NCBI RefSeq assembly: GCF_964188315.1
Contig: NC_135658.1
Coordinates: 98,208,001 to 98,272,000, forward strand
Direction: 5' to 3'
Length of the DNA: 64,000 bases
Source: Podarcis muralis
Taxonomy: Eukaryota
Positions 26,867-39,971 of the stretch are shown here, piece by piece; position 1 is the stretch's first letter, and every line of letters begins with the position of its first letter. A program made the position numbers and the translations under genes. The notes under the pieces were generated by a model. It was not told the DNA's origin. It was given only the letters and a program-made list of their open reading frames with translations, and did not search any database.

Positions 26867-27179
26867 CAGTGGCGCTCAGACTTTTTTCTCCCGGCCACAC
26901 TTTCAGAATAAAATTTTGTTGGCACCACACCGAATGGTCTTATCAATAAGAAATACATTATATTGATAAGAAATACAACTAGGATTCCCCTCAGTCTCAC
27001 TTGCTGCTCTTCCTTCATTTTGAAAATATGTCTATCCGTATTCTGCAAGTTTAAAAAAATAAAATCACACTACACTAAAGTGTTTAAATGTTTCATTGAT
27101 TGTCCTTGTTTCAGCCACCACTCTTGCCACCCTCTCCTGCCACACCAGTGTGGCACGCCACGCCCTTTGAAAACCATTG
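26867..27179. mobile_element. Diverged hAT MITE
   Basis: Imperfect TIR CAGTGG../..CCATTG and degenerate TSD TATTAGAG/TATTAAAA. Confidence 0.55.
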
Positions 27180-27184
27180 TATTA

Positions 27185-27340
27185 AAAGGTAAAGGACCCC
27201 TGGACGGTTAAGTCTGGTCAAAGGCAACTATGGGGTTGCGGCGCTCATCTCGCTTTCAGGCTGAGGGAGGTGGCGTTTATTCACAGACAGCTTTCCGGGT
27301 CATGTGGCCAGCAGGACTAAACCGTTACTGGCACACGGAG
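27185..27340 (-). mobile_element. Sauria SINE, subtype 3, 3' half only
   Basis: Tail AAAGGTAAAGGACCCCTGGACGG plus body. Truncated. Confidence 0.8.
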
Positions 27341-27692
27341 GACCATATACCTTTATGGTCTCTCTGTCCAGGTTTTAGAGAGTTCTGCACTTCAGAAAAT
27401 TGCCAATTCCATTTAATCAGAGATGACAGCAGGGCAAAATAAATTAGTGTAATAAAAAACCCATATTATTATTATTACCGCTACTTCTTGCTACTACCTC
27501 TAATAATACATTTGGATGCTACTTTTCCTTCAAGGAGTTCAAGGTATTATTATTATTTAAATAAATTTCTTAGTTGCTTTACCTTGCCCAAGGCAACCCT
27601 AACAACTTACAAACAAACAACACATAGATACATTAAAACCAAGTGCGGGGAAGCGCCCCCCCCCAGTTTACCCTCAAAACAATTCTGTAAGG

Positions 27693-27694
<2 letters not shown>

Positions 27695-27737
<43 letters not shown>

Positions 27738-27791
27738 TTATTATTTATACCCCGCCCATCTGGCTGAGTTTCCCCAGCCACTCTGGGCGGC
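27695..27791 (-). mobile_element. L2-like LINE extreme 3' end with (TAA)14 tail
   Basis: Same ATACCCCGCCCATCTGGCTG..TTCCCCAGCCACTCTGG as 29440-29607. Confidence 0.7.
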
Positions 27792-29439
27792 CAGGCTGAG
27801 ATTGTCAGTCTCTAATATGACAGTGTGCAATGAATGTAATACAGCAGTTCACACTTTGGGAGCACCTCTCAAATATCTGAGGAGATTCACATGTGTTATC
27901 ACTCTTTTAAGAAGCGTGCAGAACATGTAGGTGCATCAACCCAGGTTTGTAGCCAGCCAAGGACTTGAGAATCCTGTCCCACTGTGCTGTCTAGTTAGAG
28001 ATAAAAGGAGCTGGGTTTATGGAGCTCCTTGAGGGGACGCCATTCAATTAAAGTAGAAGGAGACAATTGAGGGGGGAGGAGGACAAGATTTTCAACAGGG
28101 CTTGCTTAAGGATACCTTCAAGATTAATCTGCAAAAGAAGAAAGACAAGGGAAATAAAAGAAAAAGCAGTTTTATAAGAAATAGAGAAACTCAGTCTTGT
28201 GGCAGCATAAAACTGGCTGGCTTAATTAAGCTTTCATCTATACATATGCATATAATGAAGAGGAGGGAGGGTGTTGTAAACACGGGATCTATGAAATGCA
28301 AGAAGTAAACAATTTTGCTTAAAGCTAAGATGTATGCAAGTTACAGATGCTTAACCCACAAAAGAGTTTGCAACTGATAATTTATCTTTTGTTATGCTAA
28401 TTTAACACCTTTGCTATGGGACAAAAAGAAGCCTTACAAGGACAGAAAAAAACGTAGCAGGGCTAAAAAGCCTTTGTTCCAGTTAAGCCCTAGATGAGCA
28501 CAGTCAAACCTGTTGATAATCTAGTCCAGCAGTTTTAACTGGAGTCTCCCTTTGTTGAAGAAGAAGAAGAATAGCCAGTTTCTGATGTCCCAATTTCTGC
28601 CCCTTTATCCCTTTGCATGGAGACTGTTATGGCAGGCAATGGCCTACGAAGTCATTTTCTAGCTGGGTTGGGGGGGGGGAGGCCCAGGTGAATGAGCCTC
28701 TGATACTAGGAGCTGCAATAGTATTACCAAAGTGGACTGGGAGGTCGGGTGACAATTTATGCATCTGCAACATGTTGGAGAGCTGGTATAGCATAGAGAT
28801 TGGGGAGCTAGACTAGGAAAAAAGAGAGCGTTGGACTAGGATTTGGGAGGCGAGGGTTCGAATAACTTTGGGCTCATCATGGCCTCAGCAGCAAGAGGAG
28901 GAAAGAAGGGTTTGTTCCAGATAACGGGAAGCATTGCAATCTGAAACTGCGAAGGATACCTGCCGACTGGGTGCTTAGTCACTGATGGCCAAACACAAGA
29001 CACTCCAATATTGGGGAGGAGAGAGAAGGAGAATCTGCAGGAGGAGGGGAAATGTTTGAAGATAGGTACATGTTTCAGGATGCATACAGTTACGTACTTG
29101 GAAATCTCTGGTCATTGCATTCCACAGACTCCTGATCTATTAGGTAAGGTTGGGGGGGGGGGAGTCACAAAAAAGGCCAAGTTTAGCCTTGAGGTGCTCA
29201 GTTCTCTCTCAACGGAGCTCTCTCCCAATGCTGGTGAGCTCTCAAGAAAGGCCCTCGGTCTGTAAATGATTTACCTTTCAGATTTTGTTGTGAGAGGTCT
29301 TGCGATATGCTAGCTGAAAGTAAGCTGTACAGGCCCCACTTCAAATATCACTTCAGCGCAACTTGGCAACTTGGGGAAAAAAAGACAATGCACGTATTTT
29401 TGTAAACTAAGAAATCTTTAATAAAAATATTATATAATA

Positions 29440-29607
29440 CTAATACTAATAATTAATATTTTATTATTTATACCCCGCCCATCTGGCTGGGCTTCCCCAG
29501 CCACTCTGGACGGCTTCCAAAAAAATATTAAAATACTATAATACACCAAACATTAAAAGTTTCCCTAAACAGGGCTGGCTTCAGATGTCTTCTAAAAGTC
29601 TGGTATG
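29440..29607 (-). mobile_element. L2-like LINE 3' fragment
   Basis: Minus strand encodes TFRRHLKPALF, similar to the L2 ORF2 end, followed by 3' UTR and AT-rich tail. Confidence 0.7.
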
Positions 29608-30741
29608 TATGGATGTATGTATATTTATCACCTTAGCAAAAGGTTCTGTCTAGGATCTCTTGGCCTCAGTTCCCCATCTGCAAAATAGAACTATTATGGT
29701 TGTATAGCATTCAGGAGGTGTTTTATGTGCTTTTCATTTCCATTGTACATTCCAGTAATTATTATTGTGTCATGGAAGGTGAGGCATTCTAGAAAAGCAT
29801 AAATAAATGATGGAGGCAAGGAAATGGCCAGGAGCCTGGCAGCGCAGCCTTTTACACGTCTACTCAAAAGTAAGTCCTGCTCAGTTCAGTGGCCTTAAGG
29901 CTTGTGGCCTTAATTGATTAAATTGGTAGATTGATCAATGGAACCTTGATTCATCAGTTGGAAACTGATTGATCTGATTAACTGAAGTCTGATTGATGTA
30001 GCTTGTTAATCTACTGATCTTAACAATTTAATTAAAAGCTAGTTGGTTCATCAGTGGAAGTCAATCTTAATTGTAGATGCTTATAGTACAATAGTGGGAA
30101 TGTACTTAATATGGAATGAAAAAAGGAAATATGAAATATGTCTGTTTAAAGTGAATTGATGAACTGGTTAAAATACTGGTGCTTAATCAGTTTAAAATCC
30201 TTTTATTGGCCGTGCTTTAACATTTAGATGACTCTTAGGGTGCAAGCAGATACCCACAAGCCCTATTGAACTTAAGTGAACTTACTTCTGAGAAGACAAG
30301 TACTGTATAGGATTGTGCTGTTATTCATGGATCTATATTGGGACTATTGAATCCTGCTGAGCCAAGCACTTCTGTGATCTAAAGAAATGGAAAAATGAAT
30401 ATCTCCCTTATGTAGTATTAGTAGTCGGCTGGCTTTTGGCCTCCCGTTTGACTCCACTTGTTCTGTACATCTGTGGAAGGGAAGGCACTAATATGGATTC
30501 AAGGAGCTGAAGTGCAAAATTCCTAAGGCACAGATGTGCAATCTGGAACCGCCTTTCTAAAATGGTACCACTGGGAGAAGCATCTACAAATCACACTTAT
30601 GAAAGGGATCCAAAGGGGGAACACAACGCTTTCATGAAAATACATTTTCCTTCCTCGACTGTGCAATAAAATTGTGTGTGGTAACATTATTTCCTATTAA
30701 AGGCAACATGTCTAGGGGTGAACTATTAAATGGTAAAATAG

Positions 30742-31087
30742 GTAAAGGTAAAGGTACCCCTGCCCGTGCCAGACTCTAGGGTTGTGCGCTCATCTCACTC
30801 TATAGGCCGGGAGCCGGTGCTGTCCGCAGACACTTCCGGGTCACGTGGCCAGCGTGACATCGCTGCTCTGGCGAGCCAGAGCCGCACACGGAAACACCGT
30901 TTACCTTCCCGCTAGTAAGCGGTCCCTATTTATCTACTTGCACCCGGGGGTGCTTTCGAACTGCTAGGTTGGCAGGCGCTGGGACCGAACGACAGGAGCG
31001 CACCCCGCCGCAGGGACTCGAACCGCCGACCTTTCGATCAGCAAGTCCTAGGTGCTGAGGCTTTTACCCACAGCGCCACCTGCGTCC
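30742..31087 (-). mobile_element. Sauria SINE, subtype 2
   Basis: 15-bp TSD TAAATGGTAAAATAG. Confidence 0.92.
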
Positions 31088-32341
31088 ATAAATGGTAAAA
31101 TAGAAACAAGCAAAATGAAAGGCTGCAGTTCTGAGCACACTTGCAAGGGGAGTAAGATCCATTGAGCTCAATGGGACTTACAGCCAAGTTAAAAAAAAGG
31201 TAAGGGTTAAAGGACCCCTGGGTGGTTATTCCAGTCAAAGTACACATGCTGAAAACTGTTTCTGAGAGGTTAAGAATGCACTCATACACAAGTTTACTCA
31301 AAAGGGAATTTATTAAATTGAATAGGATTTGTGTCCTGGAAAACGGGTTTAGGGTTGCAGCTTGAAATTATTGTAAAATAAAATAAAATGAAGGGTGGAA
31401 TATTGCGCCCTATGCCAACTTATCCCCCCCCCCCCTTTCTGGTATAAAAATAGCAATTTTGTCAAGAGCGAATGGTATCAGTACTCATTTATTTGGACAC
31501 ACAAAAATACCAATACCATCAGCTAATTTCAAGATAAGGGGTGATCTCTTGTGGGGAAAAAGAGAATCAAATCAAAATTAGATGAGGGTCAGAGCATAGA
31601 AACCAGGCATCTCAGCGTCCTCCCCAATGGCTCATGCAAGCGAGCCAAACAACATTCTTTTCTAGAAAATTCACCATAAAATGCTCTGTGGTGCAACTAA
31701 GGAACAGCTCCATCATTTCCACATCTGTGAGGCCACTCCTAATCTCAACAGCACGGCTAGATCCATGCTTGCAATAACTAAAGAAGCTCAGAACACCTAT
31801 GGTAAATCTTACTAAAGGGAAGAACAACCTGGAGGAAGTATTTTACATGCACCAAGGTCCCAAGTTAAGTCTCTGGCATCTTCAGGTAAGGCTGGCTGGG
31901 TAAGATTCCAGAGTTTCAGACAAGAGTTGGTGCCCATCTGTGTAGACAATACCGAATTAACTGGACCAGTGGGTCTGGGCTGCTTCCTATTTTCCCAAGG
32001 TCTGAAAGAACCCACACATGTACAGGGAACATTCTCCATGTCTACATTGGCTGCAATTCTTTACACACTTATCTGGAAGCGAATCTCATTGAATTGAATA
32101 GAACTTCCAAGAAGACATATATAGTAGATTGCAGTGTTGATAACTTTAATATAGATTATGAAGCACCTGACTGCACAATTTACTTATCCTGCAGTAGTGC
32201 TGATTTGTAAAAGTTAATGTAAAGAACAACAAAGCAACCTTCAATGAAACATTTAATCTCACGACGGAACTGCTCGTGCAGAGGATTGTGATTCAAACAG
32301 ATTCGACGGTAGCATTTATTACGTGGGCTAGAGGAGGAAGC

Positions 32342-32838
32342 TAAAAAGCAGAGACATCACCTTGCCTACAAAGGTCCAGATAGTTAAAGCTATGGTTTTC
32401 CCAGTAGTGATGTATGGAAGTGAGAGCTGGACCGTAAAGAATGCTGATTGCCGAAGAATGGATGCTTTTGAATTATGGTGCTGGAGGAGACTCTTGAGAG
32501 TCCCCTGGACTGCAAGAAGATCAAACCTATCCATTCTGAAGGAAATCAGTCCTGAGTGCTCACTGGAAGGACAGATCCGAAGCTGAGGCTCCAATACTTT
32601 GGCCACCTCGTGAGAAGAGAAGACTCCCTGGAAAAGACCCTGAAGTTGGGAAAGATGGAGGGCACAAGGAGAAGGGGACGACAGAGGGCGAGATGGTTGG
32701 ACAGTGTTCTTGAAGCTTCCAGCATGAGTTTGACCAAACTGCAGGAGGCAGTGGAAGACAGGAGTGCCTGGCATGATCTGGACCATGGGGTCATGGAGAG
32801 TCGGACACGATTAAACGACTCAACAACAACAACAACAA
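32342..32838 (+). mobile_element. Bov-B / RTE LINE 3' fragment
   Basis: Encodes TKVQIVKAMVFPVVMYGSESWT...QRARWLDSV and ends in a (CAA)n tail. TSD AGAGGA(G/A)GAAGC. Confidence 0.92.
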
Positions 32839-33222
32839 AGAGGAAGAAGCGGAGAAAGGGAAGCAGAATTCCGACATTTTGTGCCAATAAATGTGTCCAC
32901 CTAACAAGCATGTTTCATGAGATGTATCCATAGACCTATTTCCTAACAGTGGAATCCCTGCATGTGCCTTAATTGTACACAGCCCCCCCTTTCTCTTTCT
33001 GTCCCTCAAATACAAACACAGAGCAAGCTCAGTTACTAACAGTTCCCTGCTCTGTAACAGTATCCCAAATCTCTCACCTGAGATGGCCAACTTGCTCAGT
33101 TGACACAGAAGACAAAAGACCATGATGAAATGTCAGGCTGCTCCCATTTTGTTGCAGTTCTCCTGTCCCTGTATTTTGAAGGCTAGCCCAAATAGAAATG
33201 TTCATTGGTGATGATGTGTAAG

Positions 33223-33591
33223 GGACCCCTGGACGGTTAAGTCCAGTCAAAGGCGGCTATGGGGTTGCGGCGCTCATCTCTCTTTCAGGCTGAGGGAACT
33301 GGCGGTCGTCCACAGACAGCTTTCCGGGTCATGTGGCCAGCATGGCTAAACCCCTTCTGGCACAATGGAACACCGTGACGGAAACCAGAGCGCATGGAAA
33401 CGCCGTTTACCTTCCCGCCACAGCAGTACCTATTTATCTACTCGCACTGGCGTGCTTTCGAACTGCTAGGTTGGCAGGAGCTGGGACAGAGCAATGGGAG
33501 CTCACTCTGTCACGGGGAATCGAACCACTGACCTTCTGATTGGCAAGCCCAAGAGGCTCAGTGGTTTAGACCACAGCACCACCCGCGTCCC
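33223..33591 (-). mobile_element. Sauria SINE, subtype 3
   Basis: 11-bp TSD TGATGTGTAAG. Confidence 0.9.
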
Positions 33592-34144
33592 TGATGTGTA
33601 AGTGTGAATGAACCACCACAGATGAAACTTTCAGATCATATCAGGTCAAGCACCATATTTTTCCGAAGGGGACAGTTCCAGTGGTGTTGTCAGGGTAGGA
33701 CTTTGGAACTAAAATCCAGAGCCCCACACAGCAAAATAAGTTGTAGCAGAGGCATTCTGTCCCTGAGACAACACAGGGACATGTTGCTGTATTGCCAAAA
33801 CACTTACCTGGGAATCCAAAGAAGTGGCTAATTCACCCTGTCTTGAATAGGAGGCCCCTCCAGAATGCAGCAGGTTTGGCTTATCACAATTTGTAGTAAT
33901 ACATATTGCCATCTAAAGAGTCCACCAGGTAAGACTCCTAAGTACAGAGGGTAAAATTATCTAACTGCACCATTGGACAGTTGCCCCATGCGGCAGAGCG
34001 CCATTACAGCCCTGCAATGAGAGTTCAGACGATGTGTCTGGAATGGGCGACCGAGCCTTAGGATGGATTTTTATATGGTGGTTTTATTTTCAACCTTACC
34101 CAATCCATTCTGCCTTGCATAGGATATCCTTTAATAAAGTAGTA

Positions 34145-34359
34145 CAGTGGTACCTCGGGTTACAGACGCTTCAGGTTACAGACTCCGCTAACCCAGAAAT
34201 AGTACCTCAGGTTAAGAACTTTGCTTCAGGATGAGAACAGAAATTGGGCGGCAGCAGCGGGAGGCCCCATTAGCTAAAGTGGTACCTCAGGTTAAGAACA
34301 GTTTCAGGTTAAGAATGGACTTCAAGAATGAATTAAGTTCTTAACCCGAGGTACCACTG
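34145..34359. mobile_element. Tc1/mariner-Tigger MITE, family A
   Basis: TA TSD and TIR CAGTGGTACCTCGGGTTA. Colinear with 366-607. Confidence 0.88.
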
Positions 34360-35442
34360 TATACAAAAGCCGGATGCCAATTACAAAGACCAAAAAACAA
34401 AAAATAAAAACAAACCCACCCAGAATGAGGCTCTTATACACAAACAGCTTCTTAGTATTCCTTTACAGCAGCAGGTAAAGATTTGTCTGACTCAAGCCAA
34501 AAATTCAGAAGGTACATCTTGCACTGTACATGACCCAAATACAGATTATTCACATCGACATGTCTTTGCAGAGGTCTGTGCATGCATTTTCTCTTGTGTC
34601 ATAAATTCAAGCTGAGTACGCAAGCACATCCCCACATAATTCTTCCTAGTTTTCTGTGACTCAAAGGCAGTAAGTGGGACAATTAAGTAACATTTCAGCT
34701 CTTACCCATATTCAGATTCTGGAAGGCCAAACCAGTTTGAACACAAGCAGCTGAACCAAATGGTTTTTTCCCTTCTCTCCTCCCCTTTTTTTCTTTTTAC
34801 ATATCTGAGGAAGTTTCGATCATTTCAATATGAATGTATTATGCAAACCTCGTTTCCAGGGCTCGTTGCAGCATCTCCTTCTCTGAGAGTTGTAAAGAAG
34901 AGAGAGAAAGAAAAGGGGGGGGGGGGGAGATGAAGAAAGTGACTTCAGGGCCCAGATGTGGTCCAAGCAGCATATATCCTTGGGCATCAAAGGAGATCTG
35001 CAGTCTAGCCAGAGAAGCTTGGGTCAAACTCTGCCTTTCACACATACAGTATGTGTTGATCACCAAGATGAGAGTGCCACCATCAATGAGTCTGCATAAG
35101 GAAGATTTGCTTATTGCTTTGCATCCACCTTGCTTGCCTCATCACTTTCTTTCATCACTGATTGAAAGAGGTTACTCTGCAAAACCCGAATGTTTTTCTT
35201 ATCTGTAAATATTTCCTTCTGTTTGTGTGTTAGACAGTAGTTTGGACAGTGTGCGTTCAGTCTTTCGCAGACTTTTAAAGAACAATCAGCAGCAACAAAC
35301 TTGAATCTAACAAGACATACCCTCCAGCTGCATTTGGGAGCATGTGTTTTCTCACTGATGTGTACCAACTAATGATCATAATTGTATTTGATCTCCTTAG
35401 TCCTCCAGCCGGTTTTTTTTTTAAAGCACACTACAGCAAATC

Positions 35443-35781
35443 TGTGGGTTAAACCACTGAGCCTAGGACTTGCCGATCAGAAGGTTGGCGGTTCGAATCC
35501 CCGCCACAGGGTGAGCTCCCAGTGCTCGGTCCCTGCTCCTGCCAACCTAGCAGTTCAAAAAGCACGTCAAAGTGCAAGTAGATAAATAGGTACCACTCCG
35601 GCGGGAAGGTAAACAGCGTTTCCGTGCGCTGCTCTGGTTCGCCAGAAGTGGCTTACTCATGCTGGCCACATGACCGGAAGCTGTACGCCGGCTCCCTCGG
35701 CCAATAAAGCGAGATGAGCACTGCAACCCCAGAGTCAGTCACGACTGGACCTAATGGTCAGGGGTCCCTTTACCTTACCTT
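35443..35781 (+). mobile_element. Sauria SINE, subtype 1, slightly 5'-truncated
   Basis: 11-bp TSD TACAGCAAATC and tail CCTTTACCTTACCTT. Confidence 0.92.
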
Positions 35782-36952
35782 TACAGCAAATCAGTTTAGA
35801 CTCAGCATAACTTAGAGACTGCTTTCTTCCGTATATCCTGTTATAACATCCCAAACCCACGAAGCATTAAAAAAATGTGAGTTAAAATACAGGCCACCAA
35901 GGTCACAAACCTATGCACACTTAACTATCAGAAAGGTGCATTTAACATAGTGTGACTTTATTATGAGTAAACGTGCAAAAGACAGGGCTGTTCATTGATT
36001 TGTCTTTGCACCTTTACATTTTTGGCACAGTAAAGAGAGTCAGAATTGTTGAAATGTACATTTGGAAATGGCACTCTGCTGTTAGTCCATGTTTGAAGCA
36101 GTTTTGCAAAGATTTTCTTGACCAAAAAAGTAAGACTTATTAAGCAAAGGTTGTGCATGTAGCCACTATCTATCATGTATATTACTTTAAAAGTGGGGCA
36201 GGAAATAGTGGCAGGCTTCCAATGCTCTCAAAATAATGTCCCATCATTTCGTTTTCTAAAGCCTGTCTTTCTTTGAAGTCATTTTTCTTCCCTTCGTCCA
36301 CAGTGAAGTCATTGTGACGAAGTCTAGTCAATTTGGCTGTCCCTTAAGCAAAGGAATAGCTAAGGAAAGTGGCTGTAACTAGCATTAATCCTAAAAAGGG
36401 TTTTGTGTTTTGATTTTTTGCAACAAGCCTTTCCACTTTTCCATCCCCTTACTTGATCTGGACTAGTACTATAGTATTGATAACAGGGCTGCCTATCTCG
36501 TTGCTCTGCAGAAATGAAAGTTTATTCTGTTAACGGTAGGAATGTACTTGGCTTAGCAGTATGGAAGCAATTAGCCAGAAACCGCTAAGTTTTCTCTTCC
36601 AAAATCTGGTAAGTGGATATTAAGCTTTTCAAAAGTATGAAGCAACAGCTGAGTGGAAACGTGGTTAAACTTAAATTAGATACTAGGGAAAAGATCAGGA
36701 AAAAGAAATCCATCTTTAATTCAAGAGCAGACTAATGTTGTCTCCCTCAGAGCAAAGTCGGACCACAAACAAGCACTATGAAGCAGGCTGTTGGTCTGCT
36801 GAATGGTGGGCTGTAATTGAACCACTGGATTTTGTACAATCATTAAATAATTATGGTATTTAATTAATGCACGTACCACTTTGCCTTTCAACAGAAATCT
36901 CGAAGTGGTTTACACTTCCTAACAAAAAGGAATTAATACAAGAAATACAATA

Positions 36953-37163
36953 CAGTTGTACCTTGGTTTTCGAACAGAATGCATTCCGGAAGTCCGTTCG
37001 ACTTCCGAAACATTTGGAAACCAAGGCACAGCTTCTGAATGGCTTCTGATTGCGCAGGCTTCCAAGAAAATGTTCGAAAACCGGAACACTCACTTCCGGG
37101 TTTCAATTGTTCGGGAGCCGAAATGTACGAGTACCAATGCGTTCGACAACCAAGGTATGACTG
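36953..37163. mobile_element. Tc1/mariner-Tigger MITE, family C
   Basis: TA TSD and TIR CAGT(T/C)(G/A)TACCTTGGTT. Confidence 0.8.
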
Positions 37164-37215
37164 TACAGATTCCATATGCTACTCAGAATTCCACATTTTC
37201 TCTCTCTATACAGTA

Positions 37216-37751
37216 CAGTGGTAAAGGTAAAGGGGTTGCGGCGCTCATCTCGCTTTAATGGCCGAGGGAGCCGGCGTACAGCTTCCGGGTCATGTGGCCA
37301 GCATGACTAAGCCGCTTCTGGCAAACCAGAGCAGCGCACGGAAACGGCGTTTACCTTCCCACCAGAGTGGTACCTATTTATCTACTTACACTTTGACGTG
37401 CTTTTGAACTGCTAGGCTGGTAGGAGCAGGGACCGAGCAACGAGCGCTCACCCCGTCGCGGGGATTCGAACTGCCGACCTTCTGATTGGCAAGTCCTAGG
37501 TTCTGTGGTTTAACCCACAGCACCACCTTGGGTTAAATACGCTTCAGGTTACATATGCTTCAGGTTACAGACTCCACTAACCCAGAAATAGTACCTCGGA
37601 TTAAGAACTTTGCTTCAGGGTGAGAACAGAAATCGCATGGCAGCAGCAGCGGGAGGCCCTGTTAGCTAAAGTGGTGCTTCAGGTTAAGAACAGTTTCAGG
37701 TTAAGCACTGACCTCCAGAACGAATTAAGTATGTAACCAGAGGTACCACTG
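37216..37751. mobile_element. Tc1/mariner-Tigger MITE, family A, with a Sauria SINE inside its left TIR
   Basis: TA-CAGTGGTA (37214-37223), then SINE, then CCTTGGGTTA...GAGGTACCACTG-TA. Confidence 0.8.
37224..37526 (-). mobile_element. Sauria SINE, subtype 1, internally deleted, inside a MITE TIR
   Basis: Body matches 11173-11526. No TSD seen. Confidence 0.85.
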
Positions 37752-39486
37752 TAATAGCTTTGCAAGGAAAAATGTTGTCATACTGCAGTTCACATAGCCG
37801 CCAATAGGTTGTCTCTGTGGAAAGGAAATAATGTGCAGCTACCAATGGTCAGGGGTCCCTTTACCTTTACTTTATCAGCTGCCTGGAGTCCTCTCGACCA
37901 GCCAGTTCTGCCATGATTGGTAGAACTAAATGCTGCAGTGACCAGAAATATACACAGTATTCCCAGTGTAGCTGCACCACAGGTTCGTGTACTATGTTAG
38001 CAATTTTATTTTCATCCCCCCCCCCCTCTAATTTTTCTGAACATGGAATTTGCCTTTTTCACTGCTGTTGCTCCCTGGGTCAACATTTCCATCCATTTAT
38101 TCACCAGGACCCTAAGATCACTCTCTTTTGGTCAGTTACTACCAGTTTGGACCTGAATAACTGCATCTGCCATTTTAGTGCCTGCTCCTCTAGTTAAAAT
38201 AAACCCTTTCGCAGCTCCTCGCAATCCCTTTTTTGCTTTTAAGACTGTGAATAATTTGGCACCTTCCCGCTCCTGATCATGTGTGAACAAGTTAGAAAAC
38301 ACTGCTCCTCATACAGATCCTTGGAAGATTGCACTTGCTACACTCCTCAATTGTGACAAAATTACAGGCTCTCACCAAACCAACAGAGAAATTTCCAGGA
38401 CCCTTCACGATGCCACAATTCCTGGAATTCTTTGGGGACAGCGGTAGCAGCATGGTATGAAACCGATTCAGGTTTGTTGTCTCCATTTACCGTTCAGCAA
38501 CAATACACAGGTTTGCATTTGCAGATCAGCAACTCGCCAAGCTCCTGTTCCACCTCCTCTAATCTTCTCTGTGTGCTGTCACATAAGCCTTCCAGGAAAT
38601 AAAGTCCCACGATGAGTGCATGTTTAGATATTACACAGCACACTGGATGTATTAGTCCCTCTACTGTACAAATAAAACTGCATTTACAACAGTTGCTAGA
38701 AAACAAATGGCGTGCTGGTTGGCTTGTTTTTATTAGCTTCTTTCCCACACGGAATGGTATCACGCTGAGGATCCAGCTAGACAAACGGTAAACAAAGCCC
38801 TTGCTTGGAGAAGAATATGCCTGCAATCAAATGCACACAGTCTTAATTAATTGTGCCAATGCTGGAAACAGGCCTTAATCAGAGGAGTCTGTGCTAGTAG
38901 CGTGCAAGAATGCCCCCTCTCCCAATTTTGGTCTTTATTTCATTAAATTTTAAGAAATCCATTCGTTTTGCAATTTATTCATAGAAATAATATATTCGTT
39001 CTTAACATTTGCGCTGTGGCGAGCTATTGTACTTTGCTTTTTTTTCCGCTGACATTTGTGGTGGCAGCAGTGGTGGTGGCACAGTTTCCCAGAAGGCCCT
39101 GGAGGGACGTAACATACAACTATTTCGTATGGTTAAGTGGGAAGTGGAGCAGAGTGTCTTTTATAGGCTTGTTTGAAGAAAAAGAACGGTTTTCTGCTCT
39201 TAGAGTTGAACGTAAAAAGTTAGATAATGACTTTTGTTTATTCTAAATTAAATAATAAATGCTATAACGCAACTCCAGCTTGCAAGGTCGGATTTTCCTC
39301 TGCAGAGGCTCAAAGCATTCATGTTGGCCGGGGGGAGAGCAAGGAAGCCATGTGAGCTTGGGGGCAAGGTCAGCAGCACTGTCACTCCCTGGTCATCATG
39401 CGAGGACGCCTAGAAAGACATTCTGAAGTGTGGTTCGAACCATATGCTGATGAACACAGAGACGGATCAGGAATTTCCCCGTTCAA

Positions 39487-39971
39487 ATCTTTTCTGTGCA
39501 TATTAAGAGAAAATTTGATGAAAATGATGTATAGATGGTATTTAACACCAGTGAAGTTAGCAAAGATGTATCATACTCATGATAATAAATGCTGGGAATG
39601 TAAAGAAGAAGAAGGAACCTTTTACCACATGTGGTGGACGTGCCCCAAGGTAAAAGACTTCTGGGAAAGGATTTATAATGAACTGAAAAAAGTGTTGAAA
39701 AACACATTTATTAAAAAAACCAGAAGCCTTTTTACTTGGTATAGTGGGGGGTGAAATCCCCCAAAAGGATGTTACTTTTTTTCTGTATGCCACAACAGTT
39801 GCGAGAATATTGCTAGCGAAGAATTGGAAGAAACAAGATCTACCAACTATAGAAGAATGGCAGATGAAGATGATGGACCATATGGAACTTGCCAAACTGA
39901 CCGGGAGACTCTGAGACCAGAGAGAAGAGACGGTGGAAGAAGATTGGAAGAAGTTTAAGGAATATTTGAAA
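39487..39971 (+). mobile_element. L1-clade LINE ORF2 3' fragment (frameshifted)
   Basis: Encodes RWYLTP..KCWECKEEEGTFYHMWWTCPKVKDFW, the Cys/His C-terminal motif of L1/Tx1 ORF2. Confidence 0.85.
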
